From positions 89,528,001 through 89,592,000 of the forward strand of contig NC_043002.1 of the NCBI RefSeq assembly GCF_006345805.1: a DNA stretch of 64,000 nucleotides, read 5' to 3'. The translations under genes and the position numbers were made by a program. A model generated the notes under the pieces. The model did not search any database. It was given only the letters and a program-made list of their open reading frames with translations, and was not told where the DNA came from. Origin of the DNA: Octopus sinensis (lineage: Eukaryota). Each line of letters opens with the position of its first letter. The stretch's first letter is position 1. Shown here piece by piece: positions 39,270 to 52,333 of the stretch.

Positions 39270-39600
39270 GCAAGGGTTTTGAATTTAATATTCTTCCAAT
39301 ATTCACTAAGTCCGTTTTTGAATTGGCTGGTTGTCTTTGACTCAACAACTTCCCTTGATAATCAATTCTGTAGTTTCAATGGATCCTGTTTGTGAAGTTT
39401 TTTTTTTTCTTTTGTTGCTTGTTGAAAAACTACTTAAATAGTGTATTTGAATGGCTGCTTATTGATGATTGATGAAATTCTAAGAGTTTGTGTTTGTTGA
39501 GAATAACTTTGCCTATCGTTTTAGTTGAAATATTTCTCTCATATTCTCACCGTTTTCATTTGTGGAGCATAAATCAAGTTTCGCTTTATATAATTCTTTC
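39270..39600 (-). mobile_element. Possible ancient CR1-like LINE 3' remnant
   Basis: EVVESKTTSQFKNGLSEYW resembles the CR1 C-terminal EVV.A....FK..LD..W; the rest is highly decayed. Confidence 0.35.
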
Positions 39601-42321
39601 AAATTTCTCAATCACTTTTCTCTACAAGAGCATGGAAAGGGTGAAAAACACCAAGTTTTCTATTTCAGGCTACGAGGTAGTTACAGTGAACATTTATACA
39701 CAAAAATAGTTATTCATTAAAATATACAGACACACTTGTTATATATCCATAACAAACACACCAGAATCATAATCTCAAATTACTTTCATGCACACATGCA
39801 CACATAAGAACACACACACACACACACACACATATTCACAAACACACACTCATATATGATTTCTTATCCATGCATACATGTATATATACCGGGTGCAGCA
39901 TATACATTTATCCATTATTTAAATATAATAAGTCATGCACTCCAGTTGCAAAAGATTAAGGGCTACAGTGAAAGCAAAGGGTGGCCATTTTGAAATGTAA
40001 ATATATATATATACTAGCAGAGATACCCGGTGTTGCCTGTTTTACATGCAATTGAAGAATTAGACTTTTCTGTTATATTTTCTGTAATGAACTGGAATAT
40101 CTATGTTTCGAATTTCATCAAAATTGCAGATGAGGGTTATTTCCCTCTTTACACACCCTAAAAAAATTCTAATCGGGCCACATGAATCCCATACTACTGA
40201 TTTTTATGCGCATATTCCAAAATTCCAGTCTTATTGAACCTGTTAAAAGGATTTTGCACCTGAAAAATGATGGTCATAGAGCACTAAAATGTGAGAGTTA
40301 AGGCCCCTGTTGTGGGTGGGCATCTTAATGTCAATCAGAGAAGTTGAATTGTTGAGAATCTTTTTTAACTTGGGTCTTATATCTATTGTTTGAATTTCTT
40401 TGAAATAGGAAATATATGTTCACTGGGTTTGTAAAAGAGAGCAAAGCTACAGGAAAACAAAAGACAAATGATCACAATAAGCAGTCAGCTACCCTACCCT
40501 ACTCGTTACCACTCCCAATGTAGGATTCCTCACAATCCAGGTGACAGGCAGAGCCGTAAGATGCATTACAAATCTATAGCAATTGGAAGGGCATGACCCA
40601 ACTGAAATAAGCATTAACAACTGTGTGATGTGAGGGCTAAGGAGAAATGAAAGTGTCACCTCTGGAGTTTGCAAATGACCACTATACTGATACATAACTG
40701 GACAGAATAAATTTACAATCTATAAATGTCTTTGAATAACCAGTTACTTATCTGGGAAGGCCTTGAAATCAATGTTACCATCTGGGTACTATGTGTGACC
40801 CAGTGATAATAAAAAGACTGAAAGGAGGTGTGCAATCAAATAACTTTACTCAATATTTTGCAACTGAATCAGTGGAGGCAAAGATGCCTCTCATTTACTT
40901 GACAATTTATGCACCACATTGCAGAAATCACAATGTAAGTGTATGTTAAAGCAAAGTGTTACACTGTTGTACCGTTGAATTACAAATAATGCTCATCTTT
41001 TATGCTCGGGTAACCCTACAGCTTCCAAGAGTACAACTCTATTTGTCTTTGCTTAGATAAAATGACAAAATTGTGGGTGTTAAGTCCCCATGGAGGGGTC
41101 TTTCTAACTTATGATGAAATTTTATAAATATTATTTCATTTATGTCTAACATCTGTGGTTAAAATTTCATTAACAGCAAAAATATATGAATTGTCATGGG
41201 GGTTATGGCCCTTATGCATAGAATATAATTTCCAAATTTCATAAAGATCCATTCAGTAATTTTGGCCTAGTTTTGAATCATAAAAGAAATTACTAAAATT
41301 TGGGAGTTAAGGCCCCCATTAGGGTGTTATGTATATATATATATAGATGGATATAGATATAGATACATACACACACATACAAAGGTAAATTGATAGATAC
41401 AACTGAGCAGGTAAACAAAGATATGAGACACAGCATAGTGCTTTTTTTATGTTGATAAGCCTGGCACTTATTCTATTAGTTTGTTCTTGTGAAACCGGTA
41501 AGTTATGGGTATGTAAATAAATGAACAGTAGTTTTGAAGCAGTGATGAGGGCAAAACACAGAGACAAAGACACACATACACTTACATATATATATATATA
41601 TACAATTGATTTGTTTCAGTTCTTGTCTACGAAATCCATATATATATATATAAGTCCATATATATATATATATATATATTTATATGTATGTATGTATACA
41701 CACACACAACTATAAATTGATAGATACAACTGAGTGGGTAAACAAAAATATGAGACACTGCCTAGTGTTTTTTTTTTCATAAGCCTGGTACTTATTCTAT
41801 CAGTTTCTTCTTGTGAAACCAATAAGTTATGGGGATGTTAATAAACGAACACCACTTGTGAAGCGGTGATAAGGGAGAAACACAAAGACACACACATAGA
41901 TTTACATATATACATACATATATATACAATTGATTTCTTTCAGTTTCTGTTTACAAAATCCACTGACAAGGCTTTGGTTGGTCTGAGGATGTAGCAGAAG
42001 ACACATGCCAAGTTACCACACAGTGGGACTGAACTCAGGACTATGTGTTTTGAAACCAAGTTTTTTACCACACAGCCACACCTGCACCTGTGTGTGTATG
42101 TATATGTGTGTGTGTGTATGTGTGTGTGTGTGTGTATGTGTGTATGGGTGTACATATGTATGCATGTATATATATGTGTACATGTATATGTATATATATA
42201 TATACATCTACACATACATGCATACATATACATCTATATCTATAGAAATACATGTATGCATATACATGTATACATATACATCTATATTATATATATATAC
42301 ATCCATATATATACATGTATA

Positions 42322-42361
<40 letters not shown>

Positions 42362-42364
<3 letters not shown>

Positions 42365-42729
42365 ATATAAATGGCAGTTTGTCTGTGTGTGTTTCTGTGT
42401 GTCTGTTAGGTTGTACCCTCACTCTGACCACGGCTTTCAACCGATTCTGATGAAACTTGACACACACATAGCCCAATGTCATAATTCAAAAATAACGCAG
42501 CGAAAATTTTGAAAAGTTCCCCCAGTTCTGAAAAAGATCGATAAATTCGACATGGGGTCGACAATCAGAAACACAAACCACAGATGGTCTAGGGGACGCA
42601 ACTCGACCTTTTTAACTATAAAAAAAAATTTACCATAATTTTTTTCCCCATTTTTTTGCTATAACTCTCTAAAAATGCTTTATAGTTATTTCCCTTACAA
42701 ACCCGAGCAACGCCGGGCGATACTGCTAG
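42362..42729 (+). mobile_element. Non-autonomous Helitron
   Basis: A|TC start; CCCG-agcaacgc-CGGG hairpin; ends CTAG|T. Confidence 0.75.
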
Positions 42730-42743
42730 TATATATATATATA

Positions 42744-43138
42744 CTAGCAATATCGCCCGGCGTTGCTCGGGTTGTAAGGGAAATAACTATATAAGCATTT
42801 TTAGAGAGTTATAGCCAAAAAATAGCAAAACAATGCATTAAAAATTGAAACAAAATTAAGGTAAATTTTTTTTTAAATCGTTGACACATCGTAGATATTT
42901 TTAGAGAGTTACTTCCCTTATATAAAAGCGAAAAAAATGCATTAAAATGGAAAAATATGATGGTAATTTTTTTTTAAATCGTAGACTCATCGTAGACGCA
43001 CGCTAATACCCAGAAGGGCTCGATATGAATCACGGCTATAAGATACCCGCTTTTGGTTAAACTGCACCGCAAAATGTGGGAGTAGTTAGGAATCTAAATC
43101 GTAGGAGACAGACACACAACTTCACTCTTATATAAAGA
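42744..43138 (-). mobile_element. Non-autonomous Helitron, tail-to-tail with the previous one
   Basis: Same 3' hairpin and CTAG on the minus strand; body homologous to 6052-6449. Confidence 0.75.
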
Positions 43139-44268
43139 TGCTTTTTTTTTTTCAGTCATAGAGTTAGATTTATGAAGGTCTTCAGTAGAAAATCCTTCGA
43201 ATTCTGACTCGCTGCTTGATATAATGAAATTCGTATCCATTTTTTGTCAGAATTACAAATTTTGAAAACACAATAGGAACAAATTTCGGAAAAAAATCTC
43301 CCATAATTCACGGAATTAAAATTACACTTCGATTTTTGTACAAAACTGTAGTTGAAGTGTTTACGAAGTATAATACGTGTTTTCACGAATGTACTAAAGA
43401 GATTTGCTCTGATATTCTCATTTAAATATGAATAGGTAAATTCGGGCGGCTTGGTAACGAAAGGGTTAAACGGATGCATACATTTATTAATCTCTTATTA
43501 TAATAACTATATATAAGTGTCGTCTGTTTATACATAAACACTGTTTCATACTGCAATTATATATACATATATCTATATATAATATTATATAATAAAATAT
43601 ATACAGAGTAAAATAAAAACCAATTTACCTTTTCTGTCCGTCCGTGTGTCTTTGCAAATGTGTTGGAATGATAAGTGAGTTGTGTTTTGGTATTTTGGCG
43701 CCTTTTTTACTAATAACAAACACACGCGTGTTTGTATGTAGTTGTATATGTATGTGTATGCGTGTGTGTGAGGAATGACACACACACACTCACGCACGCA
43801 CACATGTACATCAATGCTTTCGGAGTGATATGTTAAAATATTGAGTTTTCTCGAATTTTGTCTTAATTGGGGGTGAAATTGAAAGAAATATATTATGGCA
43901 TGAGCGAATGGAGTACTTTGAAAAATCTTAGGTAAATTCTAATTGAAGAAATTGTGTGAGGAGTAAATGGTTATGTATTTATTTGTTTCTGTTTGCTGTG
44001 TTTTTTTATTTTTGAGTAGTGGTTTAAATACTTTCAGTTTAGTCTTCCTCAAATCACTCTGTCGCTATTACTTTCATTTTATTCGTTGCACACTGTGTGT
44101 GTGCGTTTGCATGTGGTGTAAACCAGACTAAGAAAAGCATTTGACACACACACCAGAATGTGAGTTTTCTGTAAATTTTGCTTAATTGGAGTTTAAATTT
44201 TAAAAACTGGACCTGGCATGACGCGATGCATTGTACTCTTAAAAATGCTAGATATATATAAGTATACA

Positions 44269-44305
<37 letters not shown>

Positions 44306-44574
44306 TTAGATTTAAAATAATATGGGTAAAAATTGAATATTAATTTGATTAGTATGAATTTAAAACCAGTGGTGTAGCATATAATACCATAGTGGATCTT
44401 CTTCTAGGAGAATGGATGTCCAGTTACAGCTCATTCCTGTTATATAATAGTTTCATTTTAATAGTTTCAGTATTAATGTGAAAGTATCTGACATTACAAT
44501 AGAGATGTTTTTCTTTCACTTTTGACACGTAATACTGAAATAGTAGAGAAGATATGATATTGCTGTGGGCTCAC

Positions 44575-44662
44575 CCTAGGCAAGAAGTTAAAAATTTTTG
44601 TTCTCATGATTATGTGGTGGTGGTGGTGGCGATAATAATTCTCTCTATGAATGCAGACAGAC

Positions 44663-44705
<43 letters not shown>

Positions 44706-44860
44706 GGGAAAAAGAGTGACAGCACTGGCGAAGTGGCGGGGGAAAGAGAGTGGAAGCTGTCAAACGTCGTTATAGACAGAAAGTGAAGGAAAGGGAGGAA
44801 AGAGAGAGACGGAGGAAGACAGGCAGATAAGAGAAAAAGAGAAACGACAAACACTTGTCA
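44575..44860 (-). promoter_or_regulatory. Candidate first exon / promoter-proximal region of an unidentified minus-strand gene
   Basis: Non-SINE, CpG-containing pyrimidine-rich leader, then ATG (44607) MRTKIFNFLPR and a strong donor AGG|gtgagc (intron starts 44574). No downstream coding exons could be joined. Confidence 0.3.
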
Positions 44861-45541
44861 AAGTGTGGGTTTTTTCCCTAGTAACCACAGCTTTCCCTAG
44901 TAACCACAGCTTTTGAGATAGGGATTTCTAGCCCACTCACATCCTCGCCTCTTTTTACATGTTCCTGTAAATTTTGGAGTGAATCCGACGGGATCTAGTG
45001 CCCTTTAACCCATTCCAATGCCAAAACCAGACAAACAAACAAACTTTTCAAATTTCAGATCTATAGATATTGATAGATATAATATTGTCAATAAATATAA
45101 CAATCAACTTGCAAGCTTTCTTTAACCAACACCTAAAACTTTTTATTTTATGATAATATAAAAAGGCATATTTAAACTGAGAGTTTGATCACTACTTGAG
45201 TTTTACACTTCATGATCTCTCTGCTGAATGTACAAAATATTCAGACTGCTACATTTGTTGGTGAACACATTCTACCTATCATTTTCCTTGCTCATTGACT
45301 GCATGTGTGGGATAAGGAGAGTGTTTATAGCTATTATGTCAATCAAGTATAGTTCTTTATGGTTACTACTATCATACAATCTCTCTACTACACTGCCACT
45401 ATTCTGTCATCTTTGGATATTTATCCTTTCAGCATTTGGGATCAGTTTTTGAACACAAATCTATTTTGATGCTTACATTGAAACACCATCTTAATTTTCC
45501 TTCTGAGTAGTACAGTTGTTGCGTTATAATCCTTTCTACTA

Positions 45542-46589
45542 GCAGGCTGAGTAAAAAGTAAGCAACGTTTTGAACTATGAAGAATTTGTCTTGGATTTTG
45601 CAGAGCATGAAATTTTTTAAACATTCTTTTGTAATTGTCTGGTAATACAGACATAGATTTACCCAAATGAATCAATAAATTAACATTGATATTTTTTCAC
45701 CGTTGTCACAATCATCTCAAATTGACCTGTCATAGTGTGATATTCAAGCAATTTTGCTATTCAACTTCAAAACAGGATGTAAAGCAGCTGAAACTGCTTG
45801 CGATATCAATGAAATATTTGGTGAGGAAATGACCAGTGAGTGGTCAGCTTGAAAATGGCTTAAACGATTTCGCAGTGGAGATTGTGAAGATTGTGAGTGT
45901 AGTGGACGCCCATCTGTCATTGAGGACAGTTAATTAAAGATCATCATTGAGAAAGATCCATGTAAAACCACCCAAGGACTGGCAGAAAAAATAAAACACA
46001 CTTCAAGTTAGCCAGAAAACTGCCAGCAACCATTTGCATGTGCTCAGAAAATCAAAAAAGCTCAACAAATCGGTACCACACGATTTGAATGAAAATAAGA
46101 AAATGTGCAGATATGAAATTTGCTAGTCACATCTTTTCCATAATATAGCCAAAATGAACAAAAAACTGCTATTCTTCCATCCCAGATGGTCAACAGAAGA
46201 GGGCCAATCATTCTTCATGACAATGCTTGACGACACATTTTATTAATGAATCTCTAGAAGTTGAGGGAACTTGGCTATGAGCTCCTTCCCCACCCATCTT
46301 ATTCCCCAGACTTTTCTTCTACCAACTACCACTTTCTCAAGCACCTTGATGGTTTCCATGAGAGAAGGAGTTAAAAAAATCAAACTGATGCTGAAAGTGC
46401 ATTCAAAGAGTTTATAAGCTCCATAACTCCAGATTATTATATTACTGGAATAAACAAACTTGTAACTCGTTGGCAAAAATGTGTTGATAATAATGGCACT
46501 TACTTTGATGAATAAAATTTCTGCATTGGTGAAATATACTGTGATGAATTTCATGTTTCAAAACGTTGCTTACTTTTTACTCAGCCTGA
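45542..46589 (+). mobile_element. Internally deleted mariner with 32-bp TIRs and TA flanks
   Basis: TIR caggctgagtaaaaagtaagcaacgttttgaa at both ends; decayed coding ILLFNFKTGCKAAETACDINEIFG...SGRPS and HPSYSPDFSSTNYHFLKHL. Confidence 0.8.
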
Positions 46590-48140
46590 TATTTGCACAA
46601 GACCTGAAATTTTGGGGAGAGGGTCTTGTTGATTACATCAACTCCAGTGTTTGACTGGTAATTTATTGACCCTGAAAGGATGACAGGTAAAGTTGATCTT
46701 GGTAGAATTTGAACTCAGAACATAAATGCATCTGAAATGCTACTAATCATTTTGCCCAGCATGATAATGATTCTGTCAGTACACCACTTCAGTTATTGCA
46801 TGATAATGTTAAATTTTACCACAACATATAACGAGCACTTTCTAGAACCATCTACATATAGAATATCATCATTATTGCCAACATTATTTTTATGTTTATA
46901 CATACTTTCTTTTAGCTTCAAATATCGTGCCATAAAGTCCCCACATTTCTGTTATATATGTACATTCCAGAAATAATGCATATATTACATGTACCTAGTT
47001 TTGAACAATGTACTCATTGTGTTGATTTAGTGTTATTGGGGTTTCTCTTTTGCAGTAAAATTTTCCTTAGATATTAGTTATTTTGTTTAAACAATTATCA
47101 CTCAGTAGGCATAGTATTGAATTGTTACAGTTACATCTGGAGGACATGTTTTTGGTTGTATGTACCTTTGTTTTATTCTTGTTAAAAAACTTATGGTACC
47201 TGCAACTTGGAAAATGTTTACTGGCCAACAGAAACATTTTCTACTATGGTTGAAGCTATATTTAAGGGAAGGACAGGTTGAAGCAGATTTTTGAAATTCA
47301 TATATTTTCATTGGTTTTTGTCTGGAGAAAGAGGGTGTACACATGGTCCTCATAGGTTCTCCAAGACTGATAAGATACATGTGATTAACAATATCCTGCA
47401 AAATATGCAAGTTGGTAGCTACTAGAAAATATGTACAGAGAATTTATTCGAGAGGACTGGGAACCTGGGAACGAAAGACTGTGAATAATGATAGATGGGG
47501 TGCCTGGAAAAAGGGTGGATACAATATGGGAGTTAAGAAGAATGGTTGATTAGAGATAACATGAGACCATCTAATTTCAAGGAATTGAGATCCCTCTAGA
47601 GAACACAGAGAAGAAATATCATGACCTTTTATAGAGACACAGCAACACTGGACAGGTGGTGGTGGTTATGATGGTTAGGGCTTCTTTTGTTATAAGGAAT
47701 GTTGGAGTGACATATTGTATATAGAGTATTATGTCTAAGAATAATGAATCATAATGTTATGTATGTTCCTTCAAGATATGTATGTCTTTTTGAGAGCTGT
47801 CTTTTTGAATGACAGGCACAGTCTGTCTGGCAGGCTTCCATACAGTTTCTCCTCTACTTACTTTTACTCACAAGGCAATCCAAAACACTTGCCCAAGATG
47901 CCATGCAATGATATCAAACCCCAAACCAATATGGCTACATTTCACATGCATATAGGCGCAGGAGTGGCTGTGTGGTAAGTAGCTTGCTAACCAACCACAT
48001 GGTTCCGGGTTCAGTCCCACTGCATGGCACCTTGGGCAAGTGTCTTCTGCTATAGCCCCGGGCCGACCAATGCCTTGTGAGTGGATTTGGTAGACGGAAA
48101 CTGAAAGAAGCCCGTTGTATATATGTATATATATATATAT

Positions 48141-48708
48141 CGCAGGATGAAAAAACATCAGCTAAGTTCCCGACCTGTTTCCTCTTTTCATTGTTTTTGC
48201 AAGCCTTATTATTATTGTATCCCCATCTAATAGCGTTATCATTGTCTTTCGTCTCAAATGCTAGCTGAAGCATAAAAACTTTCACTCACAAAAACTTATT
48301 CACACCACCGCAAAGCATTTCATCTCAATCCTGTCTTCTTTCTGCCGCCTAAAACCTCATCTCCCAATTCTCTCTCTCGCTATGTGGTGTCGGTTCTCCC
48401 TCTGTTTTCACTGTCTCTCTCTCTCTCTATCTCTATCTCTCTCTCTCTCTCTCGGTATATATCTCACCTTCACTCGCTACCGCAGGATGAAAAAACATCA
48501 GCTAAGTTCCCGACCTGTTTCCTCTTTTCATTGTTTTTGCAAGCCTTATTATTATTGTATCCCCATCTAATAGCGTTATCATTGTCTTTCGTCTCAAATG
48601 CTAGCTGAAGCATAAAAACTTTCACTCACAAAAACTTATTCACACCACCGCAAAGCATTTCATCTCAATCCTGTCTTCTTTCTGCCGCCTAAAACCTCAT
48701 CTCCCAAT
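48141..48708. repeat. 228-bp direct duplication of unique sequence
   Basis: 48141-48368 equals 48481-48708 (period 340). Confidence 0.9.
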
Positions 48709-50945
48709 GCGCGGTGCGGCCGCCCTCCCACCCCCACCACCAATACCGGATATCTCTATATTTTGCTCCATCTATACCGGATGTCGCTTCTCCCACCACC
48801 ATTATAGGTGTCTACTCTTCGAACCCCTCTCTTCAATACGCTATTTCACCATGCATTACCCCTCTCTCGATATCCTACGTTCTACTTGCCTAGAACCTGT
48901 CATCATTTCTCTGAACCACCCCTCCCCACTGGTGCTCCCCTATATTTCTGCACCCCCCCCACATAAAAAGCACCATCCGAACGTGGCCGATGCCAGACCC
49001 CTCTGGCACCTGTGCAGGTGGCACGTAAAAAGCACCCACTACACTCGCGGAGTGGTTGGCATTAGGAAGGGCATCCAGCTGTAGAAACACTGCCAGACTA
49101 GACTGGAGCCTGGGGCAGTCCCGAGCTCCCCAGACCCCGGTCGAAACCGTCCAACCCGTGCTAGCGCGGAAAACGGACGTTAAACGATGATGATGATGAT
49201 GATGATATGTGTGTGTGCGTGTATGTTTGTGTGTCTGTCTTTGTCCCCCTAGCATTGCTTGACAACCGATGCTGGTGTGTTTACGTCCCCGTTACTTAGC
49301 GGTTTGGCAAAAGAGACCGATAGAATAAGTACTGGGCTTACAAACGAATAAGTCCCGGGGTTGAGTTGCTCGATTAAAGGCGGTGCTCCAGCATGGCTAC
49401 AGTCAAATGACTGAAACAAGTAAAAGAGTAAAAGAGTATATATATCATCATCATCATCATCATCATTGTTTAACATCCACCATAAGATAAAATAAGTACC
49501 AGTTGAGTACCAGGGTCGATGTAATCAATTTACCCGCTTCTTCCAACTTGCTGGCCTTGTGCCAGAATATAAAAAGAGGCAGTGAGCTGGTAGAATTGTT
49601 AGCACTCCGGATAAAACGCTTAGCATTTCATCTGTCTTTATGTTCGGAGTTCAAATTTTGTTGAGGTTGTCTTTCATCCTTTCGAGGTTGATAAAATAAA
49701 TACCAATTGAGCACTAGGGTCAATGTAACCGACTTACCCTCTCCTCCAAAATTGCTGGCCTTGTGCCAAAATTTGAAATCAATATTTTGTTTAGACAACT
49801 GTAAGCTAATGAAGATCTTTGCATAATTTCTTGCTCCTTTGTCATTTATATAATTTTATATTATGCTCTGTATTTGACTAACTCTTTATTCCGAAGCATA
49901 TAAATATATACATACACACACATGTATGCACACACAAACACACACACACACACACATGCATACACACACACTATCAAACACACACATGATTACATGCATG
50001 TGCATGTACACACACATGCACACATGCACACATGCCTGCATACACGCACACACCTCACACACATACATGAAAAAAGCAGTCAGTAATGAGAACAAAGTGT
50101 GATATTTAAAAATGTTGAATTAGTGATGTTTTGTGAATAACATCAATACGTGAAGTGATGTGGTGGAAGGGTAGCTGCTAAATCAATAACTTGATGTTAT
50201 CCATTGTCCACTGGGGAAAGAATTACTCAGCTAGACGCCATTATACATTTGGGTGGAGTGGGGGGTAATTGCATGTTGTTATATAATAGAATGGGAAAGT
50301 CTTTAGTTCAAATAAAGAATGTTCAATGGGTACTGGAAATTCTCTTTTCCCTGAAGTATTCATATATATTATAGGTGCAGGCATGGCTGCCTGGAAAGAA
50401 GCTTTCTTCCAAACCACATGGTTCCAGGTTCAGTTCCACTTCGTAGCATCTTGGGCGAGTATATTCTACTATAACCTCAGGCTGACCAAAGCCTTGTGAG
50501 AGGATTTGGTAGATGGAAACTGAAAGAAGCCCGTTGTGTGTAGGAGTGGCTGTGTGGTAAGTAGCTTGCTAACCAACCACATGGTTCCGGGTTCAGTCCC
50601 ACTGCGTGGCATCTTGGGCAAGTGTCTTCTGCTAAAGCCCCGGGCCAACCAATGCCTTGTGAGTGGATTTGGTAGACGGAAACTGAAAGAAGCCTGTCGT
50701 ATATATGTATATATATATATATATATATGTGTGTGTTTGTCCCCCTAGCATTGCTTGACAACCGATGCTGGTGTGTTTACATCCCCGTTACTTAGCAGTT
50801 CGGCAAAAGAGACCGATAGAATAAGTACTGGGCTTACAAAGAATAAGTCCCGGGGTCGATTTGCTCGACTAAAGGCGGTGCTCCAGCATGGCCACAGTCA
50901 AATGACTGAAACAAGTAAAAAAAAAAAATAAAAAAAAATACATAC

Positions 50946-51330
50946 ATACAGGGTGTGCCAAAAAATTTGACATCTTTTGAGATGTCCATACTGAAGTGAC
51001 TGCATGGTCAAATGAAATGAAACTTCATAGGCTTAATTTTGAACATAAGTTTTATTCTATAGATTTCCAATGAAAAATTCTGTGAGATGATAATTTTGTA
51101 ATGTTCCAAAGTTAACACAGTTCTTTGAGATGGTCTAGAACACATTCACTTTTGGTGAGTCACTTTCATGTTCAACTGTGTCATGTAGGTTTTCTTTGCT
51201 CCAAATGTGAACATTTTGCATGTTCACTTTGCCATTTGTATGGAATGTGGCCTTGTCGCTGAAAACAAGATGGTTTTTCAAAGTTGCCATCTTCAAGTTT
51301 CTCTTGCATATCTTCACAGTACGTTTTAGA
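50946..51330 (-). mobile_element. Tc1/mariner-superfamily remnant
   Basis: End tacagggtgtgccaaaa; ORF 51135-51317 FSDKATFHTNGKVNMQNVHIW...DSPKVNVF. A related end occurs at about 21433 and 24208. Confidence 0.7.
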
Positions 51331-51354
51331 CTTTTGCTTTTTAACTAGATTTAA

Positions 51355-51525
51355 GGTCTGCACAAGCTGAAGGTTGTAGGGGTCAGCGGCAATGGGACCC
51401 TGGAAGACATGGGATGAGGTGGTCAAGCATGACCTTCGAACATTGGGCCTCACAGAGGCAATGACAAAAGACCAAGACCTCTGGAGATATGCTGTGACTG
51501 CGAAGACTCGACAAATAATGTGAAT
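51355..51525 (+). mobile_element. LINE (RTE-like) C-terminal fragment; related piece at about 6980-7110
   Basis: KTWDEVVKHDLRTLGLTEAMTKDQDLWRYAV; the 7.0-kb copy reads RRGRPRKT...VKAYLKML. Confidence 0.55.
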
Positions 51526-51587
51526 TCATGGCTGTTTCCTGCATCAGCTTCACATAGAAGCTTGGATCGCAGGACAGCCTGGATCAT

Positions 51588-52103
51588 AGACATAAGCGGT
51601 GGTGGTCGTATACTGTCAACTCAATGTGACAGTCCCGTAAGGGAATTACACCTACGCCATTTAGCCCTAGGAAACATCGACATCTCCTGTCGGCTTTGAC
51701 ACATTTTCTGTATGTCTCTCTGAGACATTTAGAAATTCAATATTTCTAATTTCGGTGATCAGTAAATAAATTTTACTGATAATAGGATATATTTGCAGAG
51801 AGGTTGCGGTCATCTCAGCGAGCGAGGCAGGCTACCCAGAACTGACGATGAGCAATACACTCAGAAACATATGTTTTCAGGTGCTTAGTCCCGGCTTGCG
51901 GGGGTGATTGCCTCCCCTTTGCAAATATAAGGACACAGAAAATGTGTCAAAGCCGACAGGAAACGTTGATGTTTCCTCGGGCTAAATCGCGGTAGTGTAA
52001 TTCCCTTACGGGACTATCACACTGAGTCGACAGTATACGACCACTATATCGCTTCACCACGCTTATGTCTCTCTGAGACATTTAGAAATTCAATATTTCT
52101 AAT
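51588..52103 (+). mobile_element. Retrozyme/Penelope-pLTR-like element: 353-bp terminally redundant unit plus inverted arm
   Basis: Identical 40-bp direct repeats at 51711-51750 and 52064-52103; 51588-51711 is an imperfect inverted copy of 51935-52070; hammerhead motif in the middle. Confidence 0.6.
51836..51881 (+). ncRNA. Minimal type-I hammerhead ribozyme motif (possibly weakened)
   Basis: Stem I CCaGAA/TTCaGG (one mismatch); CTGACGA (51842-51848); stem II TGAG-caataca-CTCA; GAAA; palindromic stem III ACATATGT; GTT triplet. Confidence 0.6.
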
Positions 52104-52104
52104 A

Positions 52105-52330
52105 TCATCATCATCATCATCATCATCGTTTAACGTCCGTTTTCTGCGCTAGCACGGGTTGGACGGTTCGACCGGGGTCTGGGGAGCCAGGGGCTGCCCC
52201 AGGCTCCAGTCTGATCTGGCAGTGTTTCTACAGCTGGATGCCCTTCCTAACGCCAACCACTTCGCGAATGTAGTGGGTGCTTTTTACGTGCCACCTGCAC
52301 AGGTGCCAGAGGGGTCTGGCATCGGCCACG
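52105..52330 (-). mobile_element. (GAT)n-tailed retroposon (family D; SINE or LINE 3' end)
   Basis: Shared core cacccactacactc..ggagtggttggcgttaggaagggcatccagctgtagaaac...ggacgttaaacgatgatg. Copies at about 5540-5670, 6700-6880, 10470-10560, 36355-36610, 37520-37798, 48960-49205, 53588-53760, 57170-57385, 61085-61260, 62218-62390, 63337-63545. Confidence 0.8.
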
Positions 52331-52333
52331 ATC

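Noticed and set aside
47100-47700. Possible LINE endonuclease remnant
   Set aside because: Only a GGG-like patch requiring frameshifts; too decayed to support.
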